DNA from: Phoronis australis
Taxonomy: Eukaryota > Animalia > Phoronida
DNA length: 64,000 nucleotides
Direction: 5' to 3'
Assembly (NCBI GenBank): GCA_002633005.1
Contig: NMRA01000096.1
Span: 620,001 to 684,000 of the forward strand
Made by a program: the position numbers and the translations under genes. This document shows, in pieces, positions 25,201 through 37,109 of the stretch (position 1 is the first letter of the stretch; the number at the start of each line of letters is the position of its first letter). The notes under the pieces are model-generated. The model had not been told where the DNA came from, made no database searches, and saw nothing but the letters and a program-made list of their open reading frames with translations.

Positions 25201-28200
25201 TCCTCATCACTCAGTGTAGCCAGGAACAAATGACTCGTGTGAACGAAGTGTGTCATAAGAACGACATCAAGTTCTATGCTGGTGATGTCTACGGATGGTA
25301 TGGTTTCATGTTTGCTGATCTCAATGAGCATCATTATGCTGAGTAAGTTGTACCTTGCGTCGCAGCGCCACCTACATGTGAGAGTGGTTCTGTGGATGGG
25401 TGATGATAGACGTGCAGAGATTGGTGTGTGGGATTCAGTGTGCATGCTTTGATTTAGACATTTGTTACGGGAATGAATCGGAAAAGTGCAGCGAATCTTT
25501 TTGTTGTCTTGTTTGACACCTTGTTATCTTGGGTGTGTCACAAAACACACTTGTGTGGAATGCATTGATTTGGTTTTGTTGCAGCAGCTGTAAGCCAAAC
25601 AGTGAGCAGTATTTTATGCATTTCTCAACATCAACCAAACGGAATGTGTGAATCGTATTTTCCAACCAAATGGAATATCCGAATGCTATAGTGCTGAATT
25701 ATTTTAAACTCTGCTAAAGAAATTAAAAAATTAAGGTAAACTAGTCTTTGCAGTCATCATAACGCAAACTGACAACGGGAACTTCAACCCGTTTTTCTGT
25801 GGTACTTTTGCAAGTAGGACCTTGTGGATGGTTGCATGGAGAAGTCTTAAAGTTTAAAGACACCCTTAAGCCTTGTGGAAAACTCTTTATTTTAGGGACT
25901 AGTGCGTAAAATGATCCCCTTTTTTCGGGTCACCCAGAGTCCCTACCTCTGTGAGTCATGGTCTGTGATGATAGTCACATCAAAATGATGGTGTTGACAT
26001 AGAATTTCTAGGGTTTGAACCAACTCATGGTGACATATGGTTAATAAACGCCATTGAAGAAGTGCTTAGAATTAGAATGTTTCCAAAAAGGACAGAGTTT
26101 GGGCCATCACCATGCAACGGTTCTTAAATAATCCTCATACCGATGTCCCTTGTTCAGGATCTTTGTCAGGTCCCCAAATAAGAACTTTTTCTTGCAACCA
26201 ACCACTAAGTCTCACATTCACCACCAAGTTTGTGATCTTCAATGAAAAACATTAAGAACATCTTTGTAACGCTAATTGCTTTCACATAGACAATTTACTA
26301 TCAGTAGTCAATTGTTGTAAAGTGTTGAAACACTGTGACACAGAAATTGATGTGAACCTTCAAGATATAGTGATAGTATCTTAATAGCATCACTTACATG
26401 ACATGTTACCTACTCACATCTTGATCTTGCAGGGATATTCAAAAGTTGAAAGCACAGAGTCAGGGTGAAGGAGATGAGCCAGCTGTTAAGAAATCAAAAT
26501 CTGCCGAAATGGAAACTGTCACTGTCAAACAGGTAATAAATTCAACTCTTTTTTCAGGCCAGTGGGTGGCTATGTCGCGTGTTCTTTGGCTTTTTTGCCA
26601 CATGTCTGATGTCAAGGGGAGAATTCGGGGATTTCGTTAGCGGTGCTGCTGATGTTTTTCTGATGCATATTGGGACAGGTGTCAGCTCGTGAACTCCCAG
26701 TGACATCACAAATAACTTGGTGATGTGTAAACAGTTTGACGAAAAACAGCACTTGTCATTTATGTGCTCCAGAATTGAAATCACAAGTCCAGTGTAGCTT
26801 GATTTTTGGTGCTAGTTTGACAAAGCAACCATCATAGAAAAAATAAGATTGATCATGAGCTTCAAAATACAGATGATTGAATAGATAAATTAACAAAGTT
26901 GTTGCAAGATCAAAGAATTCAACATTGACAACTAAACAGGGTCAAAATGCAACTTAAAATCAGTTTTGTTGATTTTCCCATTTCAGACATCTAGCTTTGT
27001 TAGATTAAGACAAGCTCTTAATGCGGATTTCTCCAGTGAAAAGTACAAGAAGTCTCTGAAACGCACACCGCACTGCTTCTTTATTATCAAAGGTTAGTCT
27101 TGCTGTGTGAAAAAATGTGCAAAGAAAGGAACATGATTTTTAGTTACACTTTGCATAGACCCAGCTTTTGAGCTGATAGTTGTCTTCAAACCTATTTGTA
27201 AACTATCCGATATGCTCTGTAAACTGAAGTCACCTATTCCTTTGTTAAACAAAAGCAATGCTGTTTATCAGGTTGAATGTGATAATTGTAAGGAATTCTA
27301 TATCGGACTCACACAGAGACGCCTCTGTGACAGAGTGTTAGAACATCACACCTCAGACAAAAGCAACGTCTATAGGCATTGTGTTAGTAACAATCACCAA
27401 ATGAAGCTAATTCAGTCAGTATAATCTGTAAAGAACCTGTAAAGGAATTGCTTTACATTAAAGAGTCACTGGCCATTCAGGACCAGCATGCTGCTGGTTC
27501 TCTGAATAACATGCAGAGCTCAGTGACTCTACAGCTATGGTGCTGTCCTATTTACTATTTCCTGTCATTGTTGTTGCACTCATTTCACTTCATGGATGTA
27601 ACCTGACTCGTGTGTGGACATTTGATGTCCGATTGTTTGTATCTTGATGATGTCTAATGAATTGACAAAACATAATGATTGCTACTGACTTAAATGTGAT
27701 TGTAGTTCACATTCATGTTAACAAATAGGCAACTAACAAAAATTCAAGTCTTGTCTCGACTAAGACTGTGCCAGCCTTGATGAAGTGGGACCCAGATCTA
27801 TGACTGTGATTTCAGTGTACCACTCTCTGTGGGTACTTACTTTAATTCCAACATTCCATGTTGTGTTTTAGCTATCCTCAACTTTCTCTCCACCAACCAC
27901 CGTACTCCATCTGTTGACCACCTGGAGACTGACATAGAACAACTGGTCAAATTCAAGAACGATGTGCTCACGTCAGTTGATGTCAACATTGATGATGACT
28001 TCGGAAGGTAGGTATGGCTGGCCAAAGGGGTCATAAGTAGAAATCTGCAGGTAGCTTCGCACGTAAATCTTCCTCAAGTAAAATGACGAGTGTAAATTTG
28101 CTTCTCATTGGTTGCTAAAACAAATGTGCGCATGACATATCAGAAGCATGCTCCACGAGGAGTAGGCAACCAATCATAAGTGTTCTACCCAATGGTTTCA

Positions 28201-29232
28201 AGTTCTCACTGCGAGATGGCTTGTATTTCAGCAATCAGCAAGACGTCTACTTGTGATGATGTCACTCTTTAAAACAAATCACATCATTATTTATTGACTT
28301 TGTTGCTCCAAGTGTTGAACATCCACTCAGAAGCAATCAGACATGCATAACAATGGGGAGATACTTTTTTCCTTTTCATATCAAAACATACATACAAATG
28401 TACAGGTGTACAGGTGTGTAGGATGCTGGTAATGGTGTTCAGAGTCAATTCAGGGTAAACTCTGTAGTTTGCTTTCAGCATGAGTGTAAGTCAGTATGTG
28501 GCCTCAGTTCGAGTCAGTGTTTTTCTTTAGTATTCAGTGATGACTTATGTAAAGACTTTAGCACATAATTAGAATAATGGGTCTGCTTTTGAAAGATGAA
28601 TTACGCAAAATGACAACTTTAATAAATGATAACTTTAGTGCAAACTTTTACATAGCAAATGGGTGTGCAATTGGGACTGAAGAAAAAGTGACTGCTTTTA
28701 ATACAGACTAGTGAGTTTAACGATGGTAACCATTGCTAGCGCTTAATATTTTTGAGAACTTTCGGCATTCACATCAATGTGACCAGCATTTGATAATTAT
28801 GCAATTGTTTTTGCATTTATTAAAACCTTGGTTTATGATTGACTCATTCAGGAGAGGATAACGTATTGGTTTGAGTTAACATTTTGTCTACTGTTGCAGG
28901 TATTGTTTCTCAGAGCTGAGTCCAGTCTGTGCCGTTGTAGGGGGAGTTCTTGGACAAGAAATCATCAAAGTGGGTATTGAATTCTACTTGAAGTGCTTAC
29001 TGCTCTATTTTTGAACCCTGCTTTGCCTGGAATTATAGTATATGCGAATCGGCCAATGTAAGAATTGCAAAGTGTCTATGATGTCAATCCTACTTCAACA
29101 TTAAGTGGGCTGTGTTGTATAACTGTGTTGTGGTGACTATTGCAGGGTGTATCTCAGAAGGACAGTCCTCACAACAACTTCTTCCTCTATAATGGTGTTG
29201 ATGGAAATGGAATGGTGGATTGCTTCGCATAG
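22281..29232 (+). CDS. SAE1: SUMO-activating enzyme subunit 1 (Aos1), 339 aa
   Basis: Nine in-frame exons: 22281-22372, 24020-24131, 24715-24774, 25086-25342, 26433-26532, 26987-27092, 27872-28007, 28900-28969, 29146-29232 (1020 nt). Motifs: YDRQIRLWGLDAQRRLR, GAGGLAAEVAKNIVLAGIK, GDVYGWYGFMFADL, ELSPVCAVVGGVLGQEIIKGVSQKDSPHNNFF. AATAAA near 29974. Confidence 0.96.
23170..23600. repeat. Two-copy ~220-bp tandem repeat in SAE1 intron 1
   Basis: AAAAAATAACACACGCGAACAGCACCCC..TTTCAAGTGA and the following sequence recur at about 23212 and 23432. Confidence 0.8.
27150..27690 (+). mobile_element. Penelope-like retroelement 3' fragment (GIY-YIG endonuclease) in SAE1 intron 6
   Basis: KSNAVYQVECDNCKEFYIGLTQRRLCDRVLEH..SNVYRHC, then after a frameshift LLYIKESLAIQ; followed by a decayed hammerhead-like motif at 27641-27679. 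Confidence 0.8.
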
Positions 29233-30519
29233 TGTTATTGAACATTAGGCAAGAGTTTAAGCTGTGTTTCACTGGTGTTTAGGTGGCAATGTTGAACCCT
29301 TAACGGTAGTACTTTGGGGTTTGAACATATTACCATGTTCATTCGATCTTATACTATTGCTGAATGAGCTGGCAACTGAAGTTACAGGCAATGTAAACAA
29401 GTGCCATTTTTGAATCTTGCAATTTTGGGATTGGTCAACCCCAATGGATTGTGAAGCCATTTTTGAGTTGCTGATAGCTTCAGTTCTTGTTGGTAACAGA
29501 AATAGAATCCTATCACAGTAAGGCTTGTTACAGTGCGGATTTTATGAGTCAGAGTAAAGGACCTAAAGCTTTTCGTTTTTTAACGTTCTGAACGGCCAAA
29601 TGCAGCTTTAAGGTTTGGGTACAACTTTGTATTTAATGTACAGTATTCATGAGGTCCCAGCCATTTGTCAAACACTGGTCCTCTACGAGAGGTCATGTGA
29701 CCAGTGATTGCTTCTGGATGAGTCGCAACAAGACTTGTTCAATATTGTTCAAAAACTTTATTTTCCTGATGACAGAAATACAGGAAAGGTTGCTTAATTA
29801 AGACTTTTTTGTTTCATTTTGTTTTCTTTTTTGATAGCCAAATTGATGGGTGTCTCTTTGAATTGGCACCCTTTTTGAGTATCATTAAGACACCCCTTTT
29901 AAGGCAGGTCATAATGCGCTATGTACTAAGTGAAGGTTGTCATTGTCATTTGTTTGTTCCATTTTTGTACAGAAATAAAATGTAAATGATACAGCTAATT
30001 GTTACGTGCCTACTTTCTCTGATCACTTCTGTTATGGTAAACTGCCCTTTAAGGTAAAAAGGAAAGGAAAGCTAAAAGACCAATCAAAGTGCTCACTGCA
30101 ATACGCTGGTGCAATAGACGTCGGGGTCATGGTCGTTGATGTTCTTGGTTTCACCCTTCATTGACTGGTCCATTGTTTAACTTGTATATTTCACAAACTA
30201 AGACTTCTTATCAATTTATTATGGAATAAAACTTATAGGGGGGTCCCCGGTCTTCAGCTGCCTTCCAGGCGGGCAACCTATAATACTTTTGACACACGAA
30301 ATTTAATTTCTTGCCTATATCATTTTAATGAGATTAAGTCATTTTAAATTATAAGCAGTTAATAGTTATTCAACATAACAGAAAATCTTTGTCACTTAAC
30401 CCGCGCAGGTTTGCTTTGCATATATATGACATCATGTAACAAGTTTATTTCAATTTCTTTATCAGTAATGAAAAGTTTCATCCCCACAGCCAGGACACTT
30501 GTTTGATGAATTCTCCGAT

Positions 30520-31950
30520 TATTTTTCAACTCTTCCCAAAACACTTTCAAATTCATCCACGTATCTGAAAATATTGTCTTGAAACATATTCGAGATATCA
30601 AGTCTAAATCTCCGTTCTGCCTTGATGGACTGTCAGCAGTTTTTTGAAACAACACTCACAGACACCATTAAAACCTTTGACTCTGATGATAAATCAATTT
30701 TTGAACACTGGTATTTTTCCCGAAAAATTAAAAATGGCAAAAGTTATTCCGACTTTTAAAGAAAATGAGCTTGAAACCCATACCCTAAACAAGTGTCACT
30801 CTATATCAGTCCTTCCATCTATCCAAGTTTTTTAAAAAAAAAATCGATTACCAGATAATTTGCACATATCGCACACAACACGATATCTTATACACTTCTC
30901 AGTATGGGTTTCCGGCCATTCCCTCGACTGAACAAGCAGCCCTTGAGCTGATCAACAGAATCTATTAATATCTTGATTATAACTTCACCCTGATAGCTAT
31001 ATTCATGGACTTTTCAAAGGCATGTGACACAATAGACCATAGTACATTACTACAAAAATTAACAAAACGTGAACATCGAAATCAACTGATTTTCTAATTA
31101 TCCACACTATGATGCATACAATAACTTTTCATCGTCATTAAGCATCTCTACTGGGGTTCACCAAGACTCAATATTAGGCCTACTGTTATTCATAATTTAC
31201 CTTAATGGTCTACACTCTGTAACCCCAATGAATGCCCTGATGTACGCTGATGATACTTGCTTACTCACTCCTATAGTTAAGAGCTCGTCGACAGAGTATA
31301 CCAACAGCGCAGACTGCATCAACAATCGATTACAAACTATGGCTTTCAGCAAATAAGCTCTCTTTAAACGTTTCAAAAACCAAATGCATCCTATTTCACT
31401 TCAGGCAGAATAGGATAAATAATAACTCAGTCCCCATTGTTAAAATGAATAACACACGTTCATGCGCGCACCCAGCCTAAAAATAATGTTGATTGGTTGA
31501 GTGCTAAGAATTGTTCCTTTGTCAAACTTTGGTAGTTCCTACATTTTCAGTGGATTCTGTCTCGCTTTCTACCGCTTTCTGACTTTGTGTTTCTGTGAGG
31601 CGGACCTTCTTGGCCAGGTGTGCATGATCTCTAACTTACGTACAACACTACAAATTCCTATAGGAATACACATTTCGGACAGTACCCTTTATTGTAATGT
31701 CTACACAATGGAAACCGCAAGCAATGAAATTTCTAAAGTAAACTGCGTATTATCTAAACTCAAACTATATTCTCACTCACTTCTTACAAATAATATACTA
31801 CTCTCCCATTCTATCTCAGCTCACATATGGAATAACTGTTTGGGCATTTGAGATTTCATAATCAAGGATAGAATGTTTTAAAAAACTATACAAAATGTCA
31901 ACGAATCTCCGTTTCTTATCTACACTCGCCCAATTTCTAAAACTAAAAAA
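30520..31950 (+). mobile_element. Degenerate non-LTR retrotransposon (CR1/L2-like reverse transcriptase fragment)
   Basis: Frameshifted RT motifs: GIFPEKLKMAKVIP, SQYGFR..STEQA, FMDFSKACDTIDH, ILGLLLFIIYLN, MYADDT. Confidence 0.8.
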
Positions 31951-32817
31951 AGAGTGACAATTAATTCTTTCATCAGGTGGTTCTTCAAGAAGTTATCGCC
32001 TTCCTTTAAATTAAAGGTTATACGAATTCATAAAAATAAAAAGAAGGCAATTAATCCCATCCTTATGACCCCACCACAAGTGTCCCCCAATAAGACGTGA
32101 TATAAACAAAAAACAGGAAAAAATTGGTCATGTATGCCATCAGCCGGCCATCTGAGAGTTTGGGCTCCTGTGAAAGAGTATAATAAAGAAACAGGAAATG
32201 GGCAGGGATTCAATACGATACTCATGACCCTGGGTCTATGCGTCAGGCTCAAAGGCTCCAACTCGTATCAAATGATCAACAATTTCAAAAACGGATCAAA
32301 CAGAGAAATGCGAAGTATCTTCTAGAATTAAAAAAAAAACTGAAATTGTTCTGGAATATATGTATGTATTTTTTCTGACTGTATTTCAAGTACGTGTGAT
32401 CTACAGACCATTTTCAAGTGGATTTAGAAGATGTGTACTGAAAAATGCTAACCCTCAGCCTCCCAACAAAATGTTTTGGCCAGGACCACAAAGGGCAAAC
32501 GCAGCAGTGAGGGCTAGCTGAAAACGGTCTCAAAATTTTCTCCCTTCTGCGTGTTTTACAGTGTCGTTCTTTCAACTGTCCCCTGCCTCTGGCCGTATGT
32601 TTGTTGTCACGGTTTCAGCCTGACGCTTGCAAACTACTGATGTCTTCTCGGCGTTATCGACTAAATTTTGTGAATAAGAATGGCACTAATACAACTATAG
32701 ATGCTATATTCGTCAGAGGTTGATGATACAATACTATTTAAGGCCTTTCAGCACTTCGAATACGACTGATATATTTACGTGCTCTGCTCACGGCTGGAAG
32801 ACAATCTTCCACACTCA

Positions 32818-35346
32818 TTAGCTGGGGCTTGTAAAGCTAACCGACGCCTTTTCCCCGACGTCAGTTCCACTGCGGCTCACTGATACGCTAAATTCGCCAG
32901 AAGGTGAACACCGAGTCGTTAATGGACTAACATCACTCGCGCTGATTTTCATGCAATTGTCATTTGGCATCTTCATCGGATATCCGACCGCCAGGAGACG
33001 CCTTACAGCAAACTCTTCATTTGAACTTTCTTTAGCAACTGTGCGCAGTGTTTCAGACGGGGTAGTTGGAAAGTAAGTCTTAAGCGTTACCATGCCTTTC
33101 CAGAATGGTTTCCTGAGGGGACTCGAAAACTGAAACACTCTAAGGTTGTGTAGATTATGTTGCACGAGGTCGAGATGTCTCTTGGCTTCGAACCACACGC
33201 GGGCCAAATTTCCCACGCGGTATGCAAGGGAATGCACATACTTCGAGTCTTGACCCAATAGTCCAAGCTTACGAACTACTATCGCAGCAACGACTATCAA
33301 AACGAAGGCGACGATTAGGAACCAATAACTTGAAAACCATTGGATTACCAAATCGCCAGCCCTATTAGAAAAGTCACGCATGAACATTTCGGAAATGTCT
33401 TCAACAGAAGTACAAGTACCATCACTGTCACAGAAACCTTTATCACCATTACACACCTCACCATTTTTTAAAGGGATGCTCTCCACATCGCGTATCAAAT
33501 ACCTGTTACACACTCCGTCCGCGCCGACGCAACACAGCACGCATAGTTTTGACTTGACTCCTGTACACTGACATTGTCGTTTGCCTGCACGAGAACAAAA
33601 CGTCTGATTGCACACTCCACCTTGACACAAACCATAGTCATGCCCACACTCATGACCATCGGGATAGGGTTGGACTGGTGGGCATTCGGCCGACTTTCCA
33701 TCACAAACAGATGCCTGCATGCATTCACTCTCTCTTTCACATACTTTGTGCTCGCCAGGCCCAATCATTTGACACGTGGTTGGATTACAACACGTTGACG
33801 ACATGCTGCAAGCTGCTGTCAGTTCGCCTTTTTTGAGAGTACAGGGCTTGCCACTAGTGGAGCCTTTGGGTTCGCAGCAGGGGTCTATGAACTCACACTG
33901 GCTCTTATCACCACAATCACACTCCTCGCCGTCCTCCTTCACAGCATTTCCACAAACTGATAAACTGTCGGGTACCAAACACCCTGCGCGATTAAGAAAG
34001 ACTTGCCTAATCTGCATCACACTGCAGTACGAGAATAGCTTATGATTGGGTTTCAGACCGGAACCTGCGTACACGTTCATCAGGTAATTACCGACATCTC
34101 CTCCAGGTGCGCATGCCGCTTGTTTCCAACCTTCGCTGCCGTCATGGGAACTTCCGAACGCATGTCCGAGCTCGTGAGCTACAGTGACTGCCGACATAAG
34201 CCGCGGAATGGTTCGACCGAAATTGAAGTTTGACACAAAAGCGCTGTTACAACTCTCATATCCACCCGATCTATCAGGAATTTTCTCTGCGCAGATACCG
34301 CCTATGCCATTGTCTGCATTGGCTTTGTAGGCCAAACCTATGACAGATTCATCGAAGTCCCGGTAAGTTAAAACGAGTCCTATGCAGTAGTCTTTCAAAT
34401 CGTGCTTTCTAGCGAAACTTCTGAGAAACTCTTCCGGTGATGGGTTTTGTTGCACACTAAAATGACTGGTTTTGTATATTGTGATTTTCTGAATTCTAAT
34501 GCCTATTTTGTCTATAGTGCCGTCACCGTCGAAATCGGTTGCTCTAAAGATCGCATTGGCCAAGCGAACGTTGTACAGAATCTCTTTGAGAGTGTGTGGG
34601 ACACTTTTTTCTGCGACGTGTGAAAAGTACAAATGGTCAGCAAAGATATGGAGAGTACAAACAACGTTGTTTTTAAACTTCACGTTTTTGCGCCTGCGAG
34701 AGTGGGATGTACTCATCGATAAGTTGCGTGTTAGAAAAGGTGGCAATTTCAAGTTCATAGATCCACATTTAGCTGGAAAAAACGGGCTGAAGTCGATATC
34801 GCTGTTTCGGTAAATGATGGACTTGAAATGACTCGAGTTCAAATACCGCCTTGAGGGCTCAATGAAGTAATATGCATCTGGCGTTATTACTACACCATCA
34901 AACTCTGACAGTTTTCCGTCATACCATCCTTGTGCGTAGGAATTAGGATCTCCATCTAAATACCCACTATACAATTGTCCCATGTGAACACTGTCCGAAA
35001 ACTTAATAGTCCGTCTTTCTATGTCGTTAACAACGTCAACAGTGGCGTCGTTTCCAACAAGACTGTAATCTGGTTTCAGTTTTAAGTGAATGCGCCGATG
35101 GAACGCGTAGAAATCTACGACATATTCTGTGTTTGACGAAGCGTTGATGTTATACCTTGTCGTGTACGGTGAAAACCGTTTAATTCGCTTGTCAAGACTT
35201 TCTTCAAATCTGAGGTTGAATATAGGTTGAAAGCACTTAATGACCGTATGGTTTATGGGTAAACAGTTATTAACCAAACCTGTCGAAAACCGTGTGAACA
35301 AGACATAACATGTTGCTACCGAGCCGACGATTGCACTTGGTTTCAT
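32818..35346 (-). CDS. Intronless ADAM10/17-type disintegrin metalloprotease, copy 1 (842 aa)
   Basis: Signal peptide, prodomain with cysteine switch (PAKCG), basic processing site RRRK, zinc motif HELGHAFGSSHD, Met-turn GNYLM, disintegrin CGNAVKEDGEECDCG, Cys-rich region, TM helix (YWFLIVAFVLIVVAAIVV) and cytoplasmic tail. Confidence 0.93.
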   Translation of the reverse strand: MKPSAIVGSVATCYVLFTRFSTGLVNNCLPINHTVIKCFQPIFNLRFEESLDKRIKRFSPYTTRYNINASSNTEYVVDFYAFHRRIHLKLKPDYSLVGNDATVDVVNDIERRTIKFSDSVHMGQLYSGYLDGDPNSYAQGWYDGKLSEFDGVVITPDAYYFIEPSRRYLNSSHFKSIIYRNSDIDFSPFFPAKCGSMNLKLPPFLTRNLSMSTSHSRRRKNVKFKNNVVCTLHIFADHLYFSHVAEKSVPHTLKEILYNVRLANAIFRATDFDGDGTIDKIGIRIQKITIYKTSHFSVQQNPSPEEFLRSFARKHDLKDYCIGLVLTYRDFDESVIGLAYKANADNGIGGICAEKIPDRSGGYESCNSAFVSNFNFGRTIPRLMSAVTVAHELGHAFGSSHDGSEGWKQAACAPGGDVGNYLMNVYAGSGLKPNHKLFSYCSVMQIRQVFLNRAGCLVPDSLSVCGNAVKEDGEECDCGDKSQCEFIDPCCEPKGSTSGKPCTLKKGELTAACSMSSTCCNPTTCQMIGPGEHKVCERESECMQASVCDGKSAECPPVQPYPDGHECGHDYGLCQGGVCNQTFCSRAGKRQCQCTGVKSKLCVLCCVGADGVCNRYLIRDVESIPLKNGEVCNGDKGFCDSDGTCTSVEDISEMFMRDFSNRAGDLVIQWFSSYWFLIVAFVLIVVAAIVVRKLGLLGQDSKYVHSLAYRVGNLARVWFEAKRHLDLVQHNLHNLRVFQFSSPLRKPFWKGMVTLKTYFPTTPSETLRTVAKESSNEEFAVRRLLAVGYPMKMPNDNCMKISASDVSPLTTRCSPSGEFSVSVSRSGTDVGEKASVSFTSPS

Positions 35347-35454
35347 TCCCCAGCTTCAACATACGTTTTTCATCATTTTTTAGGCATTGCACATTTGCAT
35401 ATTGTGTACGCACGAGGCACGTTCGTTTTTAAGATTTTTTCATATTCCGGGGTA

Positions 35455-36200
35455 TGATTTTAAAACATATTCAAAATCTTATGTGTAAACCTTATTTAGG
35501 TCTTGATGGACTGTCATTTTTTCAAAACACCACTAACACACAGCATTTTTAAAAACTTTTGACCCTGATGATAAACCAATCTTCGGACACGGGTATTTTT
35601 CTCTACAAAGTAAAATAGCAAAAGTTAGTCCGATTTTAAGGAAAATGACCTTGATCCCAATACAAGGATCGCCCTACATCAGTCCTCTCATTTTTCTCCA
35701 AACTTTGAAAAAATTGGTTACCAGCAAATTTACATTGTTTATACAACATGATATCTTATACACTTCTCAGTATGGGTTTCGGACCAATCACTCGACTACT
35801 AAACAAGTAGCCCTTGAACTGATCAACAGAATCTATGATGATCTTGATAAGAAGTTCGCCCCAAAAACTATATTCATGGACCCCCCAAAGGCATGTGACA
35901 CACTAGACCATAATACATTACTGCAAAATTTAACAAATTATGAACACAGAACTTAACTGGTTTTCTGGTTATCTACACAATAGGCGACTATATGTCGCAT
36001 ACAATAACATTTCATCTTCATTATCAAGCATCTTTACTGGGGTTCCCCGTGACTCAATATTAGGTCCACATTAATGATCTACACTCTGTTACCCCAATTA
36101 ATGTTCTTATTTTTCAGAAAATCCCACTGCCAAAAATTGCCGTGAATCAGGTTTCAAGCTCCTTAGCTCGGTTTAACTACATATTAATAAACCATAAAAA
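35455..36200 (+). mobile_element. Second CR1/L2-like RT fragment, same family and orientation as 30520-31950
   Basis: CTTGATGGACTGTCA, CTTATACACTTCTCAGTATGGGTTTC and GGCATGTGACACA.TAGACCAT are shared with the 30.6-31.2 kb fragment. Confidence 0.8.
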
Positions 36201-36515
36201 TGGTTCCAAGTGATCGGTGCAATGGGCCCTCATGCGCCGGTAAAACGTTATCATGCAGTTCCTGATTTAAACAAGGGCCTCGTTTTTTAATTTTGGTCCG
36301 GTATAAATAACACCACAGACCTGGAAGTCCAGCGAAACACTTCTACCTTACAAATGTGATAATCCCTAATCTTAGAAAATTTGAGCACTCGGCAAAAGAT
36401 AATAATGATGAAATTCTGGTGATAATAATCACCAACTTGAAATAGTTGGTAAAATGAAGCCCATTCGAGTAAGCACCATGTGGGTTCCTATGCCAACCCA
36501 ATATATGGTAGAACC

Positions 36516-36675
36516 CAGGGGCGGATCCAGGATTTTGAGTTGGGGGGGGGGCAGGGCAGAGTATTAGCCAGGATTTTGCCCGTCAGACATTCGCACCCCC
36601 GTACTGCCAAATGGAATGTGGGAGAATTTTAAGGGGGGCCATGGCCCTCTTGGCCCCCCTCTAAATCCGCCACTG
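36516..36675. mobile_element. MITE with CAGGGGCGGATCCAGG-type TIR and 5-bp TSD GAACC
   Basis: GAACC|CAGGGGCGGATCCAGG ... CTAAATCCGCCACTG|GAACC. Confidence 0.7.
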
Positions 36676-37109
36676 GAACCCAATAAGCTCAAGTTGCGGC
36701 CAAATCAGGATGACCATAAATAAGGAAGTTTACTGTATCCACATTGGCCAAATAAGAATAAGATACAAAGTGTTGCTACAGTGCACACGTGCACGATATT
36801 TGGTCTATCATTTTCCTGCCGTGCATGAACCAATCAGATCACCAATGTCGCAAAGTTTTCGAAAACAGCTCGATTTTTAGGGAGTCCTGTTACTGCTTTA
36901 TTTTCAAATCTTTATTGTGTTCGGCCTACATTTAATTTATTTTCTGTTCAACTCAGTCAGGCCACTTAATATGAATGCATTCAACACGATTAATGCATTG
37001 TAAAAACCAAAAGTTATGCTCTATCAACATTAAACAAAATCAGTACATCCCTTTCTTAAAAATGGGTTAAAAGTTAGAAACAAAGGACACAAGTTTCCAT
37101 CACTTGCAA

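Noticed and set aside
25951-26028. Possible C/D box snoRNA in SAE1 intron 4 (GTGATGA ... TTGA with a weak terminal stem)
   Set aside because: The D box is non-canonical and I could not identify an rRNA or snRNA antisense element; snoscan would be needed.
33380-34813. Overlapping ORFs conserved between the two ADAM copies (also 55236-56590 and 63568-63975)
   Set aside because: Alternative-frame and antisense shadows, conserved only because the ADAM genes are paralogous.
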